Under the pieces are notes generated by a model. The model was not told where the DNA came from. It ran no database searches and saw nothing but the letters and a program-made list of their open reading frames with translations. A program made the position numbers and the translations under genes. From positions 594,624 through 658,623 of the forward strand of contig NMRA01000109.1 of NCBI GenBank assembly GCA_002633005.1: 64,000 nucleotides of DNA, read 5' to 3'. Source of the DNA: Phoronis australis (lineage: Eukaryota > Animalia > Phoronida). Each line of letters opens with the position of its first letter. The first letter of the stretch is position 1. Shown here piece by piece: positions 11,621 to 25,093 of the stretch.

Positions 11621-14600
11621 ATGCCAGGGCCGAGTGGGCACGGGTCAGCCGTGACGTCAGTTCTCTGGCTGACCACTCTTCTCGCTGCATTCAGTGGAGC
11701 CTTGGGCAAGGGAGCAAAGAGAACGCCAGAGTTCCAGTTCACACAGGTGATATACAATGCAACTATTGCCGAAAACGCAGTAACAAAGACTTACGTTCAG
11801 CCGGAGACAATGATGGGCATTTGGTTGAAGAACACCGATATGACTGTCCGGTTCCGGATAGCCAAGGGTCAGAAGGGAGCTGCATACTTCCAGACAGAGG
11901 CAGAGATTGTGGGAAATTTTTGCTTCCTGTTGTTGCGAACGAAGACAGACAGTGATGTGCTCAACAGGGAGAGGCAGGAATATTACATAATAGATATTGT
12001 TGCTAGAGGCAAATATAGAGACGGCTCGAGGGTGCAAGCTCGGACAAAAGTGCGGATTCAAATTCTGGACACTAATGATCTGAAGCCGATATTTTACGAG
12101 ACCACTTATGATGTGACCGTCAAGGAGGACACGCCCATTCACGCTAGCATAGCTACAGTGCGGGCGTCTGATTCAGACATCGGTGAGAATGGGGAGGTTT
12201 ACTACCAATTTACGAAAGCACACGACACCTTCGCCATCCACCCGGTCACAGGGGTCGTGACCCTCACGCGACATCTTGACCATAACCAGCACAATTACTA
12301 CGAGCTGTGCGTTGAGGTGCATGACAGGGGTCCAAAACTTCGGACGTACAGCCGGAAATGTCCTGCCAGTGTGCGCATCAAAGTCATTCAAGTCAATTTC
12401 TTTAATCCAGAAATCAAAATTAGGAATTTAGAAACTTTTGGGGAGCATGGAATAGTGGGCACTGTGTATGGCATACTAACAGTGACGGACAAAGACAAGG
12501 GTAAAAACGGTCAAATCGAAGGCTTGGAAATAGTTCCAAGTGAGACATCGAGCAAATTTTCCCTTCGCTACGTTCCTAAGAAAAACGTTTATCATCTGGA
12601 AGTTGTAGAATCTCTAGACGTTGCTAGCGCACCTGATGGCTACACAGTCACAGTTAAAGCAGTGGATGCTGGAACGCCATCGCGATCCTCAACGAAAACC
12701 ATTCACATTAGCTTACTTGATAAGAATGATCATACTCCAGTCTTTGCAGAGAAAGTGTACTCAGTGCGTGTTAATGAAACAGTACCAGAGAACACACCAT
12801 TGTTTTTCGTTAAGGCAGACGATTTCGATCGCGGCCGCAATGCGGAGATTCGCTACCAGATTCTCTCGGGCAACCATGACAACTGGTTTAAGCTGAACGA
12901 GAGAACCGGCCTGCTGTCTACCAATCGGACTTTAGATGCGGAAACTCGTAGCACTGTTAAATTGCAGGTGAAGGCGACAGACCAAGGAAACGTGGCCTCA
13001 CGCAAGGCAGGTAACACTCTTATAGAAGTGGTCATTGTCGATTGCAATGATAACGCCCCAGTGTTCAATGAGAACATTAAAAAGGCCGTTAAAGTGGAGG
13101 AAAACCTACAGCCAGGCACGTACATCACCACGGTGACTGCCAAAGACGCAGATAGTGATGACAATGGTTTCGTCAGTTACAGTTTAGCCAATCCGTCATC
13201 TGTACCGTTTCGCATTGACCACTTCACCGGCCAGATCTACACAACCAAGGTTTTGGACTACGAGTCGATGCGTCGTGAGTACCATGTGCGTGTGAGAGCG
13301 TCCGACTGGGGTGAACCGTTCCGACGCGAGTCTGAGGCTATTCTGCGTATCCAGGTGGCCAATGTGAATGACAACAGTCCACTGTTTGAGAAGGTCAACT
13401 GTATGGGCTATCTGTCTCGCCAGGCAGCCGTGGGTACACGCGTCGCTGTCATGACCGCGCTTGATTTTGACGTCGGGAACGAGGTGCAGTATCAAATCAT
13501 TGATGGCAATGTGCAAGACTGTTTCCTCCTAGAACCATTGTCCGGGGTTATCACTGTAGCTTGTGATCTCACTAAAGTCGACAAAAAAGCAGTGTCATTG
13601 AAAATCATTGCTTTTGACAGCGTGAACAAGGCGAAACCCACATTTCTTAACTTGACTCTTGTTAACAATAACAGGAACCACCGACTAGCTAATGATGATG
13701 TGAGTGTGAGTTGTCAGACAACCAACGCGACGCAGTTATTCTCAAACCAAATCAAAAAGGTTCATAGTCGCAAGGAGACCGTTGACGGTTTTCATCGTAT
13801 GTCTTCCATTTATAGTGAAAACCGGCATCGTCCAGAGTTTGATGCGTCCTTGCCAATGGCTATTGATGTTGCCGAGAATACTCCCTTAGACACTGCTGTT
13901 CTTAGGGTTGCTGCAAAGGACCGAGATCATGCATTCAACAGTCTGCTCTCTTATGTTATCTCTGCTGGCAATGAAGATGGTTGCTTCTGGATCGACACCG
14001 TGACTGGTGACCTTAAGGTCAAGTCTCCACTTGACCGTGAGCGTAAGACCAACTATAAACTCAATATTACTGTCTATGATCATGGCAAGCCGTCGAAGTC
14101 ATCCTCAAAAATCTTCCGAGTTAATGTACTTGATGCTAATGACTGCCCTCCAATGTTTCACCAAACGTTGTACAAGATGGCAGTGTTGGAGAACGTAACT
14201 GTGGGAACGGCTGTTGTGAAAGTGTCTGCATCGGATAACGATTTGGGACGGAACGCTGAAGTGTCGTACTTTCTGTTATCGCAGGCCGCAGAGTTCGCTA
14301 TCAATGCGACATCTGGTGTACTTTCTGTTGCTGCCCCACTGGACCGTGAAGCGCACAGTAGACATGAACTCCAAGTCATAGCTGTAGATAACGCAGAGGT
14401 GAACCAGCTCACCGCAACGGCCACAGTAGAAATCGACCTGATAGATGTCAACGATAACGCTCCAGTTTTCATTCCTAATTCATATCACGTGAAAATTCGA
14501 GAAGACCACCCAACCAATGCCGTGGTAATGGCGGTCAGTGCTCAGGATGTTGATGAGGGTAAGAACGGCGAGGTTCGCTATCAGATAAAGTCCGGTGATA

Positions 14601-14954
14601 GTGAGGGCATGTTCAATGTCGATCGTCTTACTGGCATAATGCGACTTACGAAACAGTTGGACTACGAAGAGCGCCAGGTATACAACATCACTGTGCAGGC
14701 TCATGACCGTGGCTACCCATCCCTCAATACCTTGACCCTTGTTCTAGTCGAGGTTGTTGATGTGAACGAAAACTTGTACAAACCCCAGTTCAAGCGCCAG
14801 TTCGCCTCTGGACATGTGAAGGAGAACTCGCCAGTGGGTAAGAGCGTCATGCAGGTGATCGCTACAGATCTAGATGTGGGTGCGCGAGACAAGGAGATCG
14901 TGTACTCCATACGTGAGGGATCAGGACTAGGCCACTTTACCATAGACAATAAAG
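11621..14954 (+). CDS. FAT1: Fat-like cadherin, first coding exon (signal peptide, repeats 1-9 and part of 10)
   Basis: Acceptor ttttttag at 11595, Kozak ccgccATG at 11621, hydrophobic signal VLWLTTLLAAFSGALG, donor AAAG|gtgagt; phase 1. Confidence 0.95.
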
Positions 14955-15722
14955 GTGAGTGTTTATTGTTGTATGATGCCATTCATTTTAATTCTGAACT
15001 ACCGTACTTAAACAAGAGCAAGCGGCCAAATTTTTTACTTTTTAAGTTTGGGATTAAACCAGCTACCTTTCTACAAATATTCAAAGTCATGTAATGCTCA
15101 TTTATGACCCTGCTTCACAGCAATAACCATATTTTGGCTCAAATTTATAGAGAATCTGTTGTGTTTATTTTGATGATAGTTTGGACGTAATAAAATTTGG
15201 CCTGTGCGCTACATTGTGTGCTCTAAGGTGGGGCTGTGAGCTATAACCATAATAGAGACCTTTAGAGGTCTGTACTCGAGGCTTCTCTATATTTAATTGG
15301 ATTTCAGTTGCCAAAATCACTATCATGCCAGTTCTCCTGCAACACTTTACATTTCATTTTGTGACGTTTCTATTCTGTCCTTGTGTTCTTCACAGCACAA
15401 GTCTAAATGTTTAGACCTCTTTCCTGGTTGATGACATTTTTACAAGTGGGCTCTCTTGTTTTATCAGCTGTGATATTTCCCTTGCACACAGGAGCACACA
15501 AACCACACAGATGGAGGCCAGCACTGTAAGATAGTCCCTTGTACCCACATCCATCACTAAGTTTGAATGGTCTGGTAACACTGTGTACTTGTTAACCCCA
15601 GTCTCATTTCACACCTTTACAGAAGTTTCAGCTTGCATTTCCTAAGGTTGCATAACACAGGGGCCCACAATAGCTTGAGTCAACACCAAGCTGATACAGG
15701 GTGTCAATGGGAGCAAAGGGGT

Positions 15723-15809
15723 TATTGAGAATGTGGACATGGAGGGTACTATTGAGAATGTGGACATGGAGGGGACTATTGAGAATGTGGACATGGAGGG
15801 GACTATTGA
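15723..15809. repeat. 27-bp minisatellite, about 3.2 copies
   Basis: Unit TATTGAGAATGTGGACATGGAGGGGAC, one mismatch among copies. Confidence 0.95.
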
Positions 15810-18809
15810 TGCTCTTCAGGGTAAAATTCAAGTCATCGTGTAAATGTTGCTTAAAAAGGGGTTCAAGTAATTAAAAGATATTAGCAGGGTAGTGATTCAA
15901 AAATCAGCAAGATTTGTGTATTAGTTCGATTTAAGATTTTCGTTCTTTGCAAAAATGTAAGGGCAAACTGTCCAAAGTCTTTTTAATGTGAAGGTTTTGT
16001 GTTTAGCAAGTGGGACTTGGTACAACTGTTCAGTCATTCTTGGGGTATGTTTGCGATCTTATCTCAGCAGTTGTCATAGCAACACCCAAATAACTGCTAT
16101 AGTCACTTTTCTAAAGTTCTACAAGTCTTGCATGTTTTTGTTCAGACATTATGTCGCTTATTTAGTGCAGTCAAATGATCTACGATCTTTGAGGAAAAAT
16201 TTGAAGTTTAGACATAAGTAAATGTAAGAGTGAGGATAGGCCTGAACAGTCAAGTTCACATGTGTTATTTTAAAAAGCAAATGCAAAATCAAAGCATGTT
16301 TTACTGTGCGATGGCTGCTTTTTCTTTGCTCTGAGGCATTTGACTGTAGGTACAAATGGTGTTGAAGCATCTCCTATTTCGTTTGTCAAATGAATTCCCT
16401 TGAAAAGATTGTTAGTTGTAATAACTCACTATCGAATTATCCAAACAAATATGCTGGTCCTTATGCACATTGCATTGTACCCCAACGTCTATGTATACCT
16501 TTATTTCGCCTTGCTTTGATACCATTTAAATCTGCTTATATCGTCAACACATCTTTTTACCAATGTGCTGAGCACACTTCTTCACCCAGTATCTGTGTTT
16601 GCTCTGGATAGTGAGAAAACATTCAACCTCTTGGTACGATTGTGCTGTTCTTGACAAAGCGACTTTATACTGCTGGGGAAACGGGTTTCAATAGCATGGC
16701 GTGAAAATTCACAACCCAATTTTCATTTAAAACTTTCCGTTCAAAATGGGTGCAAAGCATTTAGAATCACATGAAAATCGTTCTTTTTTACTCTGTACGG
16801 AAGCTGTACTGACATCTGCAAGTCAAAAAACAATGGTTGTGAAGAGCTAAATGAATATGTTGTCTACTACTTTGTTGCGCAAATACTTGTAATGCAAGGA
16901 AACTGTATTGAGTCCAAAGTGTTAGGCAAATTATTTGGGATGTACTATACCCATTCACTTCTTGGAAGCCATTACAATTTAAAGAAACCTGCTGTGTTAA
17001 AACCCATTACATCTTGAAAGGAGCCACTTTAAAACCCTGTTACGTTTTTTCTCAATGAACATGTATTCTTTGATTGTCGAAATTATGGAGAAGCATTTCA
17101 AATCGGAATTGAATTGAAGTTGCATTGCTGTCACGCTAGCTCTTTGATGGGGCAGGTAGTTTGAACTTGACGAGTCTTTGATGGTTAATACCCTTGTCAA
17201 CTGTTGTTACTGATTACTATGAGATTAATCAACTTCTTGTCTCAGATAATTTGGTGTAGAAAATTGTTTTTCTGACTTCCGGGCTTCGACTAGATCATTA
17301 TGTAATGATTTTGTTTTTAATTACGCTTTTAACGTCTAATATTGAAGACTTTATGAGGTACTGATTGGAACTACATGCTGACCACTCAATTGTTAAGTCT
17401 GACATGTTAGTGTGGCACATGCTACTCAGATATTGACCCTGGTCAGAATTCAGTTGCTGCTGGCTAGGACAATACCATACTTAAAGGCAGACTTAAGCCC
17501 CATTCCCACTTGCACTCCCATACATCGGTTCAACCTGTTGCACAATTTATGTGCCAACAGCAGACAACAGAAGAATCTATTCAAATGATAGTTTGATCAC
17601 AGGAAATAGATGAATAATGACCTGTGGTCAGTGATGACTGTGTAGGGTACCCTTTGATCTCCTTAATTATTAGTCGCAACTTCTGGAAATAGCCAGGTTG
17701 GGAGTTGACTAAAACAGACCTGTGAACATGTGTTTTATAACAAGTCATCTAAGAGTGAACACAATGAAACACGACGTGTGTCTATGGAATAGACGATAAG
17801 AGAATACCTACAGGACGAAAGTAATCTGACAAAATGTCATGTTCCCTATGTCATAACAGCTAACTCTGTCAACTACAAAATGACTGCTACCAGCTATTGG
17901 GATGGCAAAATTCTAATTACAAAATGGCTTAGCCACCTTTCTAACTATCCTGTTATTTCACCTTCATTCTTGGTCATCAGGGGAGACCACTCTGACAATG
18001 AATTCGACTTCCTGGGGAATTATGGGCCATTTTATCCAAATACTTGTTCTGTATGTTTCGGAAGGACTGTTTTCTTTTTTTGCTATCCTGCTACTTGATG
18101 TTTGAAAGGACAGATTGACTTAGAAATGTATTTTGTCAGATTTTGAAAAGTTTTCTCTCCCAATCCAACTGTGGTCTTAATAGCCTCTCATCAGTGAACA
18201 AGTCCAGACGATAACATTAGGGCAGCCTCTTTTATTAAAGTGGATTTTCTTTTTGTTTCCTTTCATGTTTTTCCAATACGATTTAGTGTCTTGTCTGAAA
18301 TTGCACTCAAAATCTCATATAAGCATGGTTCTGACGTAATATTTTGCTGTCCTTTTACAGCTGTTGGATATCATACGCAATACAAATGTCAGCTCTAACC
18401 TGTGTTTTTCATGGTCCATTACCTCTACATTTTTCAGTTTTCCCATTACCTCTTTGAGTGTCTGTCTACCTGTCCATCTGGTCATTCCATTTGTCCACCA
18501 GGCCACCTCCATCAGTCTATGGACAGGAGGTTGAAAACATAACCTCTATTGTGCAGTAATAACAAAACTGAAGTTCCTCAAAGAAGTTGTATACCACTCT
18601 TTTGCAAATGGTTTAATTTCATTGCAAGAATGAAGTTAAAACATTTTGATATTTTTACCTTTATTGGAATTGACTATTAAAACCAGGGTGCAGTTAAGTA
18701 TTAAAACAACTCTGGAGACAGTATTGCAGACAATCAATTTTTTTTATTTTTTTCATTTTTTATAAGTGATCTGTTGCACTGAATTTATGCTTTGTAATTT
18801 TTGAAGCTC

Positions 18810-18948
18810 TATAGCATAGCTAGTTACCATTTGCTAATGTGTTGAGAAATGGTTATTCACAATAATGTTAGAGTTGGATGCCTTTGGAAAAGGAGGAAGG
18901 ATCAATTTCGACTATTTCTGTTATCCGAAATTTGGGAGATTTTATTAT
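18810..18948 (+). mobile_element. MITE family A, degenerate 3' half
   Basis: CATAGCTA..TTCACAATAATGTTAG..GCCTTTGGAAAA..TCCGAAATTTGGGAGATTTTA. Confidence 0.55.
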
Positions 18949-20807
18949 TTTGTGCTGTAGGGTTGTTTTCCCCCACCTAAGATATTGATTGGTGAAATAA
19001 TAAAATTTTTGTTAATTCCTTTTTCTCAATAAAAGAAATACTTAGAAGAATACTAGAAACGTTTGTGCTTTACCACTGCTATAAAATAACACTTGGTAAG
19101 GTTTACGTTGTGTGTGGTATTTTTTCTAGAATTGATCAAAATTTCTGTTGATTGCATCCAAATGAATTTCTATTTCCTTTTGGTTTTCAGGTTGTTAGTG
19201 GAGAAATTTCCACGGTACTCGTTAATAAAGTCATTATTTTCTCATCCAATTTCTAAATTGAAATCCTTTCCAGAGGCTTATTATGAATCGTTTTTTAGAA
19301 GTTCGCTGAATGGTTTGACCCACTTCTGCTCAGTGAATCGTTGAACATTAGCCTTCTGAAATTGTTTTCTGAGTGCGTAATTGTTTCTGAATGCGGGCTT
19401 TTAATAGGCGTTGGCAACAGGGATTTCTTTGTATCATTTGTTTTATTGCTTCAAAATTGCTACTGTGGATTGTCACATATGTAATTACTACACGCCATCA
19501 AGACAGTTACCACATTGTCAAATAGTCTCGTCCCGACAGTCGGCAGCACTTCAATTACACTTGCATTAGCTGTCAATTGTTCATTTTATCGTCTAAAATA
19601 ACAGTTGAAGTTCTTTGTTGCGAAGACTTAATTCCACAGAGAAAAATTTCAACCTGACATTTCTAGCTGTTATGTAACATATTCCTTTTGAAAATCTCAT
19701 TAACTTGATTTTGTTAGAGCGTTTTCATTGGTTAATCGGTTTGTTATGTTTGAGCCAATCATTAGCACTGGCCATCCTGTGTTGTGTTTGTTCTGACTTT
19801 TTGAACTTTCAAGGCTTACTGTACAAAGGCTAGTTAGTGTACGTGTATATTCTGGGACCAATTTCAAAATGAGAAAATTGAAATTCAGTTTTTGTTTAGA
19901 GAGTACATTAGTGATTGGCAATTGTGGTCCGGTGTTGGTATGCAAGTTTCTGTTTATATCCAAAGTAATTGCAACCCAATATACTTTTGTGAATTGTAAA
20001 ATCTTACAGTTTGCAGGTTACCCAATTTTATTGATTAGGCTAATGAAAATGGTAATAATTGGTTCTGATGTGTGTTTTCAAAACTTGATGTGGTGATAAG
20101 TCATTTTTTTAAATTAAAGTAATGTGTTGCCAGCTAAAATGGGTTTGGGTCGTTTTTCACCTGGTGCTAGCTAAAATGGGGTGGGATCTATCCTCTATTT
20201 TCACCCAGTGCCACCTGATGACCGATGATTTGGGTTAGGGTCTGCACATGCTTCTGTAGTATATTGTGCATTTCTGATAAACAAAAAAAAATGGAGTGAC
20301 TGTAGTTTGTAACCTGAGGCTCTGCAGGGGTCCTGTTCACTACCCATTTTGTCACTGCTGATCCATTACCTTGCTAGGGCTTTGGTATGGAGTTTACAAC
20401 AAATCGACATGCTTGCTTTACAGTCCAATCAACAAACTTGATTAGATACTTTCAGCTAATAAATTATCACAGTGATGTCAGTAATCACTGAAAAGTGCAG
20501 CGGAAGACTTGCATGATTTGAATATTATATGTATGCATGGAAATTTGGAAAATTGACATGTGCTTGTACTTTCAAAATTAAAGGGGCAAGAAACGGTGTT
20601 TTTGTTGAAAATCAGCATTTGGTTTGGGCTTCTTTATCAGTATAAAATTGTTCCTTTATCTCATTCCATACTCACGTTAAAACTACGGTATTTCTAGGCT
20701 CGGTTTTTAAGAAATTATTTGCTTGTTGCAATTTTGTATGAAGTGTATTTGGTTTGAGAATTTGGATTTGAAGATTATTTTTAACATCTATGTTTGTCCT
20801 TGTTCAG

Positions 20808-20926
20808 GTGTAATCTACACAAATGAGGTACTTGACCGTGAGACAACCCCGTTCTACTGGCTAACAGTGTACGCCCAGGACCGCGGCACAGCCCCGCTAT
20901 CTTCCTACATCTGGATCTACATACAG
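20808..20926 (+). CDS. FAT1: Fat-like cadherin exon (119 nt)
   Basis: ttcag|GT..CAG|gtaaac; [27 protein letters not shown]; phase 1 to 0. Confidence 0.95.
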
Positions 20927-21266
20927 GTAAACTTTGTTGTTTATTATTATTACTGGTAAACTGAGTTGCTCTAGTGCTTGCTTCAGACTGTTCCTCTCAT
21001 TTATGCCTTGCTCAGGTAAATGACAGTTTTGACATGGAACAATTTGCCATTAAACACAATTTTTGGGGTAAGAATTCATTGAAAAAGGAATTTGATAGAG
21101 ACAAAATCAAGACTGCTTGTGCAAGTTGGATTAAGTTGTTGTAAAATGAGATGTTATTTCTTTTTATTGTTGCACTATTGTGGTTCAGAAACATTTTGAA
21201 GATAGAAATGAAATAAAAGTATTATGGGTATTAATTTTTTACTCGTTAATTATTAATTCTTGGTAG

Positions 21267-21462
21267 GTTGATGATGTCAACGACAACGTGCCTCAGACTA
21301 TGGAGCCTGCGTACTACCCATCCGTAAGCGAGAACAGCCCCATGGCCACGTCTGTTGTGCAGGTGGTAGCCGAGGACAAGGACCATCTCTCCGTTGGCAT
21401 GCTGACCTATGAGATCACCCGCGGCAACCCTCAGGGATTCTTCACTATCGACAAGAAAACAG
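21267..21462 (+). CDS. FAT1: Fat-like cadherin exon (196 nt)
   Basis: ggtag|GTT..ACAG|gtgagc; [18 protein letters not shown]...[10 protein letters not shown]; phase 0 to 1. Confidence 0.95.
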
Positions 21463-21668
21463 GTGAGCGTGGAGAAAATAGATTATTTACGTCATTGAGT
21501 GAGTGGTGGAGTTCTCAAACTTGTTCTTGTATCACAAAACTTGTGCTGACTTAGCTGACTCTGAATTTCTTTAAACAGAGACTGAGATCTCAACAGTTGC
21601 AACAAGTTGGCGTGGTGTTGATTGAAACTGGTGAAGCCTTACCTCCAAACATATTTTAGTTTAGGAAC

Positions 21669-21888
21669 CAGGGGCCCCGTTTTATCAAAGGTCTTGAGTT
21701 GGATCGTAACCAAGACTATCGTTTCTGGATGACAAATAATTAATTAACATGGATTATGAAGAAATACTTTGAACTTGAATGTGAACTGCAATTACGTTTA
21801 TGTCCATAGCAAAATTTTGCTGTGACAAAATATGCACTGTCACCTTCGCACAAACGACCGACTACTTTTTTTATAAAACGAGCCCTTG
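21669..21888. mobile_element. Harbinger-like MITE (GGGCCCGTTTTAT TIR type)
   Basis: CAGGGGCCCCGTTTTATCAAA vs the reverse complement of the right end, CAAGGGCTCGTTTTATAAAA. Confidence 0.65.
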
Positions 21889-21889
21889 G

Positions 21890-22195
21890 CTTGATGTCTT
21901 CAAATTTACTCCTGGAGGTATATACATGCTTCCAACGGCATACTTTTTCAGGTGTGTACCTCACACTGGCCCTGTTCCCTTAAGCTTGTGGGCTCCCTTC
22001 TGTGTGATGCATTCACACTCTGTGGTAGTGTGAGTTTCGATCTGCTGTCACTATTTATTTCCCATCCATGTTCAATTCTTCTATTGCCTGATGATGAGAC
22101 ATGGTCTTGAAATATAGCAGCTAATTTAATTTAATTTTTTGTACGTTATGTCTCTTGGTCTTTTGCTTCATAAGTGCACGGTGAAGACTGTATAG
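21890..22195 (+). mobile_element. Second Penelope-like pseudo-LTR remnant
   Basis: Hammerhead motif followed by ATG 22148 MSLGLLLHKCTVKT, which aligns with MSLGQLLYLCSVES of the 5.7-kb copy. Both copies share actctgtggt upstream. Boundaries are approximate. Confidence 0.65.
22085..22119 (+). ncRNA. Minimal type I hammerhead ribozyme motif (Penelope-type)
   Basis: TGC-CTGATGAT-GAGAC-atg-GTCTT-GAAA-TATA-GCA: stem I TGC/GCA, CUGAUGA core, 5-bp stem II, GAAA, palindromic TATA in place of stem III. Confidence 0.7.
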
Positions 22196-23109
22196 AGACT
22201 ACTAGCGAGTATGTATAAGCTGTCTTACAAAAAGTACAGTCATTCCTTCTACCAAGTATGTGTCAATGAAGGGCTGCTACGGAACTATATTATGTATGGG
22301 TAGGATTTTGTGCAGAGTTTGTACATGATGGATACCCCCTCCATATGACCATGTGCCCCATGACTGTTCAGTGCCAGACCTCGCTCTGGTCCTGGATCAG
22401 TAACTCTCGACGTGTCTGCATCGGCATTTGTTTGGTAAAAGGCGTCTATAGTTTTTTTCTTTTCTTCTGAGCTGTATTTAGTCTTGGCAAACGTTTTTGT
22501 TTCTGAATGATTCTCATGATTTATCAGATGGTGGTTGTCCCAGTCTGTCTGGCTGGCCTTTACATCCAGGTCATTGTCACCAACAAGCCATTCATCATAA
22601 ATAATACAGGAGTCTGCCATTCACAAATATGCTAAGCTGACATTTATTTTTTTCAATGTTCATCATATGCACTCAATGCTAATTTACCTCCCATTTGAAT
22701 GCTCTCGGTGTAATATTTGGAGGGGAGTGCCAAAACCAACAGTTTCATTTATCAGTATTTTTATTACTGCAAGGTCAAGATTCTTCATTTTGGCTATGGT
22801 TAATGGCTGATACGTTTGCTTTTTTTCTTAAGCTTTATGTATTATGGCGATTGATAAAAATCTTACTGAGCTTTGTGCAGAAAAATAGCTGCTAACAACA
22901 AATTGAGATGTTTTGATATTTAGTTTTGTTTAGAAACTCATTAAGATAATAATAATCCTTGCCACAGTGTGTAATGAACTGGGAAGTCTATTCTTTATGT
23001 TTTGATGTTTGTAATTTGTAATCACATTCTATCTCTAAATTTTATGAATTTGAGGAACAGTATGAAGGTTAGTAACACAAAATAAAATGAGTAATCATTT
23101 ACAATTTCT

Positions 23110-23240
23110 ATATCATGGTTACCGTCAGGCAACGTTATGCGAAATTATAAGCATTCAAAACAAAGTGGGATGCCTTTGAAAAATGAAAAGAACACCAATT
23201 TTGCCAATTATTTTTGTCTGAAATTGGTGGGAATTTTGAA
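23110..23240 (+). mobile_element. MITE family A, degenerate 3' half
   Basis: AGCATTCAAAACAAAG..GGATGCCTTTGAAAAATG..TGTCTGAAATTGGTGGGAATTTT. Confidence 0.55.
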
Positions 23241-24682
23241 GTCTTTGAAATTGATTTTATTCTAATCTGAAGTTTTGCTGTTACTTCTCACGATTTAGCT
23301 GTTGCCTGACAAGATACATCCCATCTGACTTATCTGCGTGGGGATATTTTTCTGAAGCTCATTCGAAAGGTGCTGCCCTTTTCAAATAATTAAGTGGGTG
23401 CATCGCCAGCGTAGTTCTTTTCAACCCTTATTTGTTTGTTGAGGTACTTCAGCCGGTCTGGCTAACATTGATAGTGTTTAGTTGTGGCCAGTTGAGATAA
23501 TCCTGGCTGTTGTTAGAAATTCTCTGCGTTGGTGTTTTTTCAAAACCTCTTGAGATTCGGGCTTTGGGTGGAAAGTGATTTGTCACGCATGACACTTCAT
23601 TTTTTGCAGTCTTTGGTTGCCTTGGCACAAAATTGTTTACATATACAACTTTGGAATGACGTGGGTAAAAAATTAGCAAAATGAAATCAGACACTGTCGT
23701 GAAATCTATTCTCTTCATTGAGTTCAATAAAATACCTTTGCAAAAATACTGTTCTATTGTTTCTCTGGTGATAAGGTTGTAGAATGATAATTTCTGTCAC
23801 CTTTCAGCGGCATGAAATAGAGCATCACCTATTGGTCATTTTTTGCCGATTCTTCAATCAACTGTTCTTTTTTACAAGGTCGCATACATGTCACAAAAAT
23901 TACTGGAACTGGTTTCTCTTTGTTACGAGTTGTTAGTTTTTGTATTACGAGCAAATCAAATTTCTGACCAAATTTTGCTCCAGGGAAGTTGTAATCATCT
24001 CCCTAAAAATGTCATAAAAACTGCAGCAGATTGCGTGTGTCATGAGCGTGCTGTTTTCCAGTTGACTTCAGATGTGGATAATGAAACCTAAATTCTGAGC
24101 AAGAAAGCACATCATTTATGTGTTGCTTTCATCAATTTATTTATTTACTATTTGTGTCATTTGTATAGTAATGCTTGACAATTGTTGAAACAACAGACTT
24201 GCCCCTTCTGGTCAAATGATTGGTATGTTAGAATGTCATTCTGCATTCCATGTCCCCAACAATGCAGTTAAAGCACACTGACAGGTGATTAATAGCTTTC
24301 CAGCACAGTCACTTTTTACCATCATTTTCAGCAAGACAACATGCCGATTTCTAACATAAATATTCTATTAAAGAAGCTTTCTCTTTGTCTCTCCAGATTT
24401 TTCGTTAGTTTTCAGTGTTTTCTAGTAATTGTTGATATGTTCGTTGCTTTGGCTTGCTCTTGCACGTCAATTCTCATTTTCTTGTTTTGATTGCTGTCAT
24501 CATTTAGTGCACTTCTGCTGATTGTAGCAGCAGAGTTATATCATCAATTAACACTCAGCTGTTCAGACATCAAATTATGTAATTTCTATCCTGTCAATGA
24601 TTAGCAGTGATAAAAACATTAGCAGCATTTCACTGTATATTTTCTTTGAAGTTTGACTGTTTGTCCCTGGTTGCAGTCATTA

Positions 24683-25093
24683 GTGCTGTTTACACTTACA
24701 AAGTTGACAGGGATCAACTGACATGGAACAAGTTGTTCCAATGTGTAGGTTGCGCAAATTGACACTGCTGTGGCAACTTTTTGCTACCCATTTGTGAGGT
24801 AGAGTAATTTGCACCCGAACATTTTGCGCCGTGTCAATTATAAGTCTAAATGCGAAATTGGAGTAAGGCGGAAAGGATCATCTCTACTGCGCTTGTGCAA
24901 TGACCTATGTACGGGTTCTTTGTCTCTGTAACTGTCGTTGTTTGTAAACCTGCGCATGTGCGATACAGTCTCTCCAGCCTTTAATTTCCGTCTTGCCACG
25001 GTTAGTGAGTTGTGTGTGTAAAAGGCCGCTTGACACGGGTCAATTTGCTCCGTTTCAGTTGCGCCGGGCCAAAAGTTGATGTCTAAACAGGAC
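24683..25093. mobile_element. Harbinger-like MITE (CTGTTTACAC TIR type)
   Basis: taGTGCTGTTTACAC ... GTCTAAACAGGACta; subterminal CAACTGACATGGAACAAGTTG mirrored by CAACTGAAACGGAGCAAATTG; CpG-rich interior. Confidence 0.65.

Noticed and set aside
11657-14982. Antisense and alternate-frame ORFs overlapping cadherin exons (also at 50.7-52.7, 57-59.7 and 61-63 kb)
   Set aside because: Shadow ORFs caused by codon bias of the real exons; no recognisable domains
15628-15831. Minus-strand ORF with NSPLHVHIL repeats
   Set aside because: By-product of the 27-bp minisatellite; no splice or homology support
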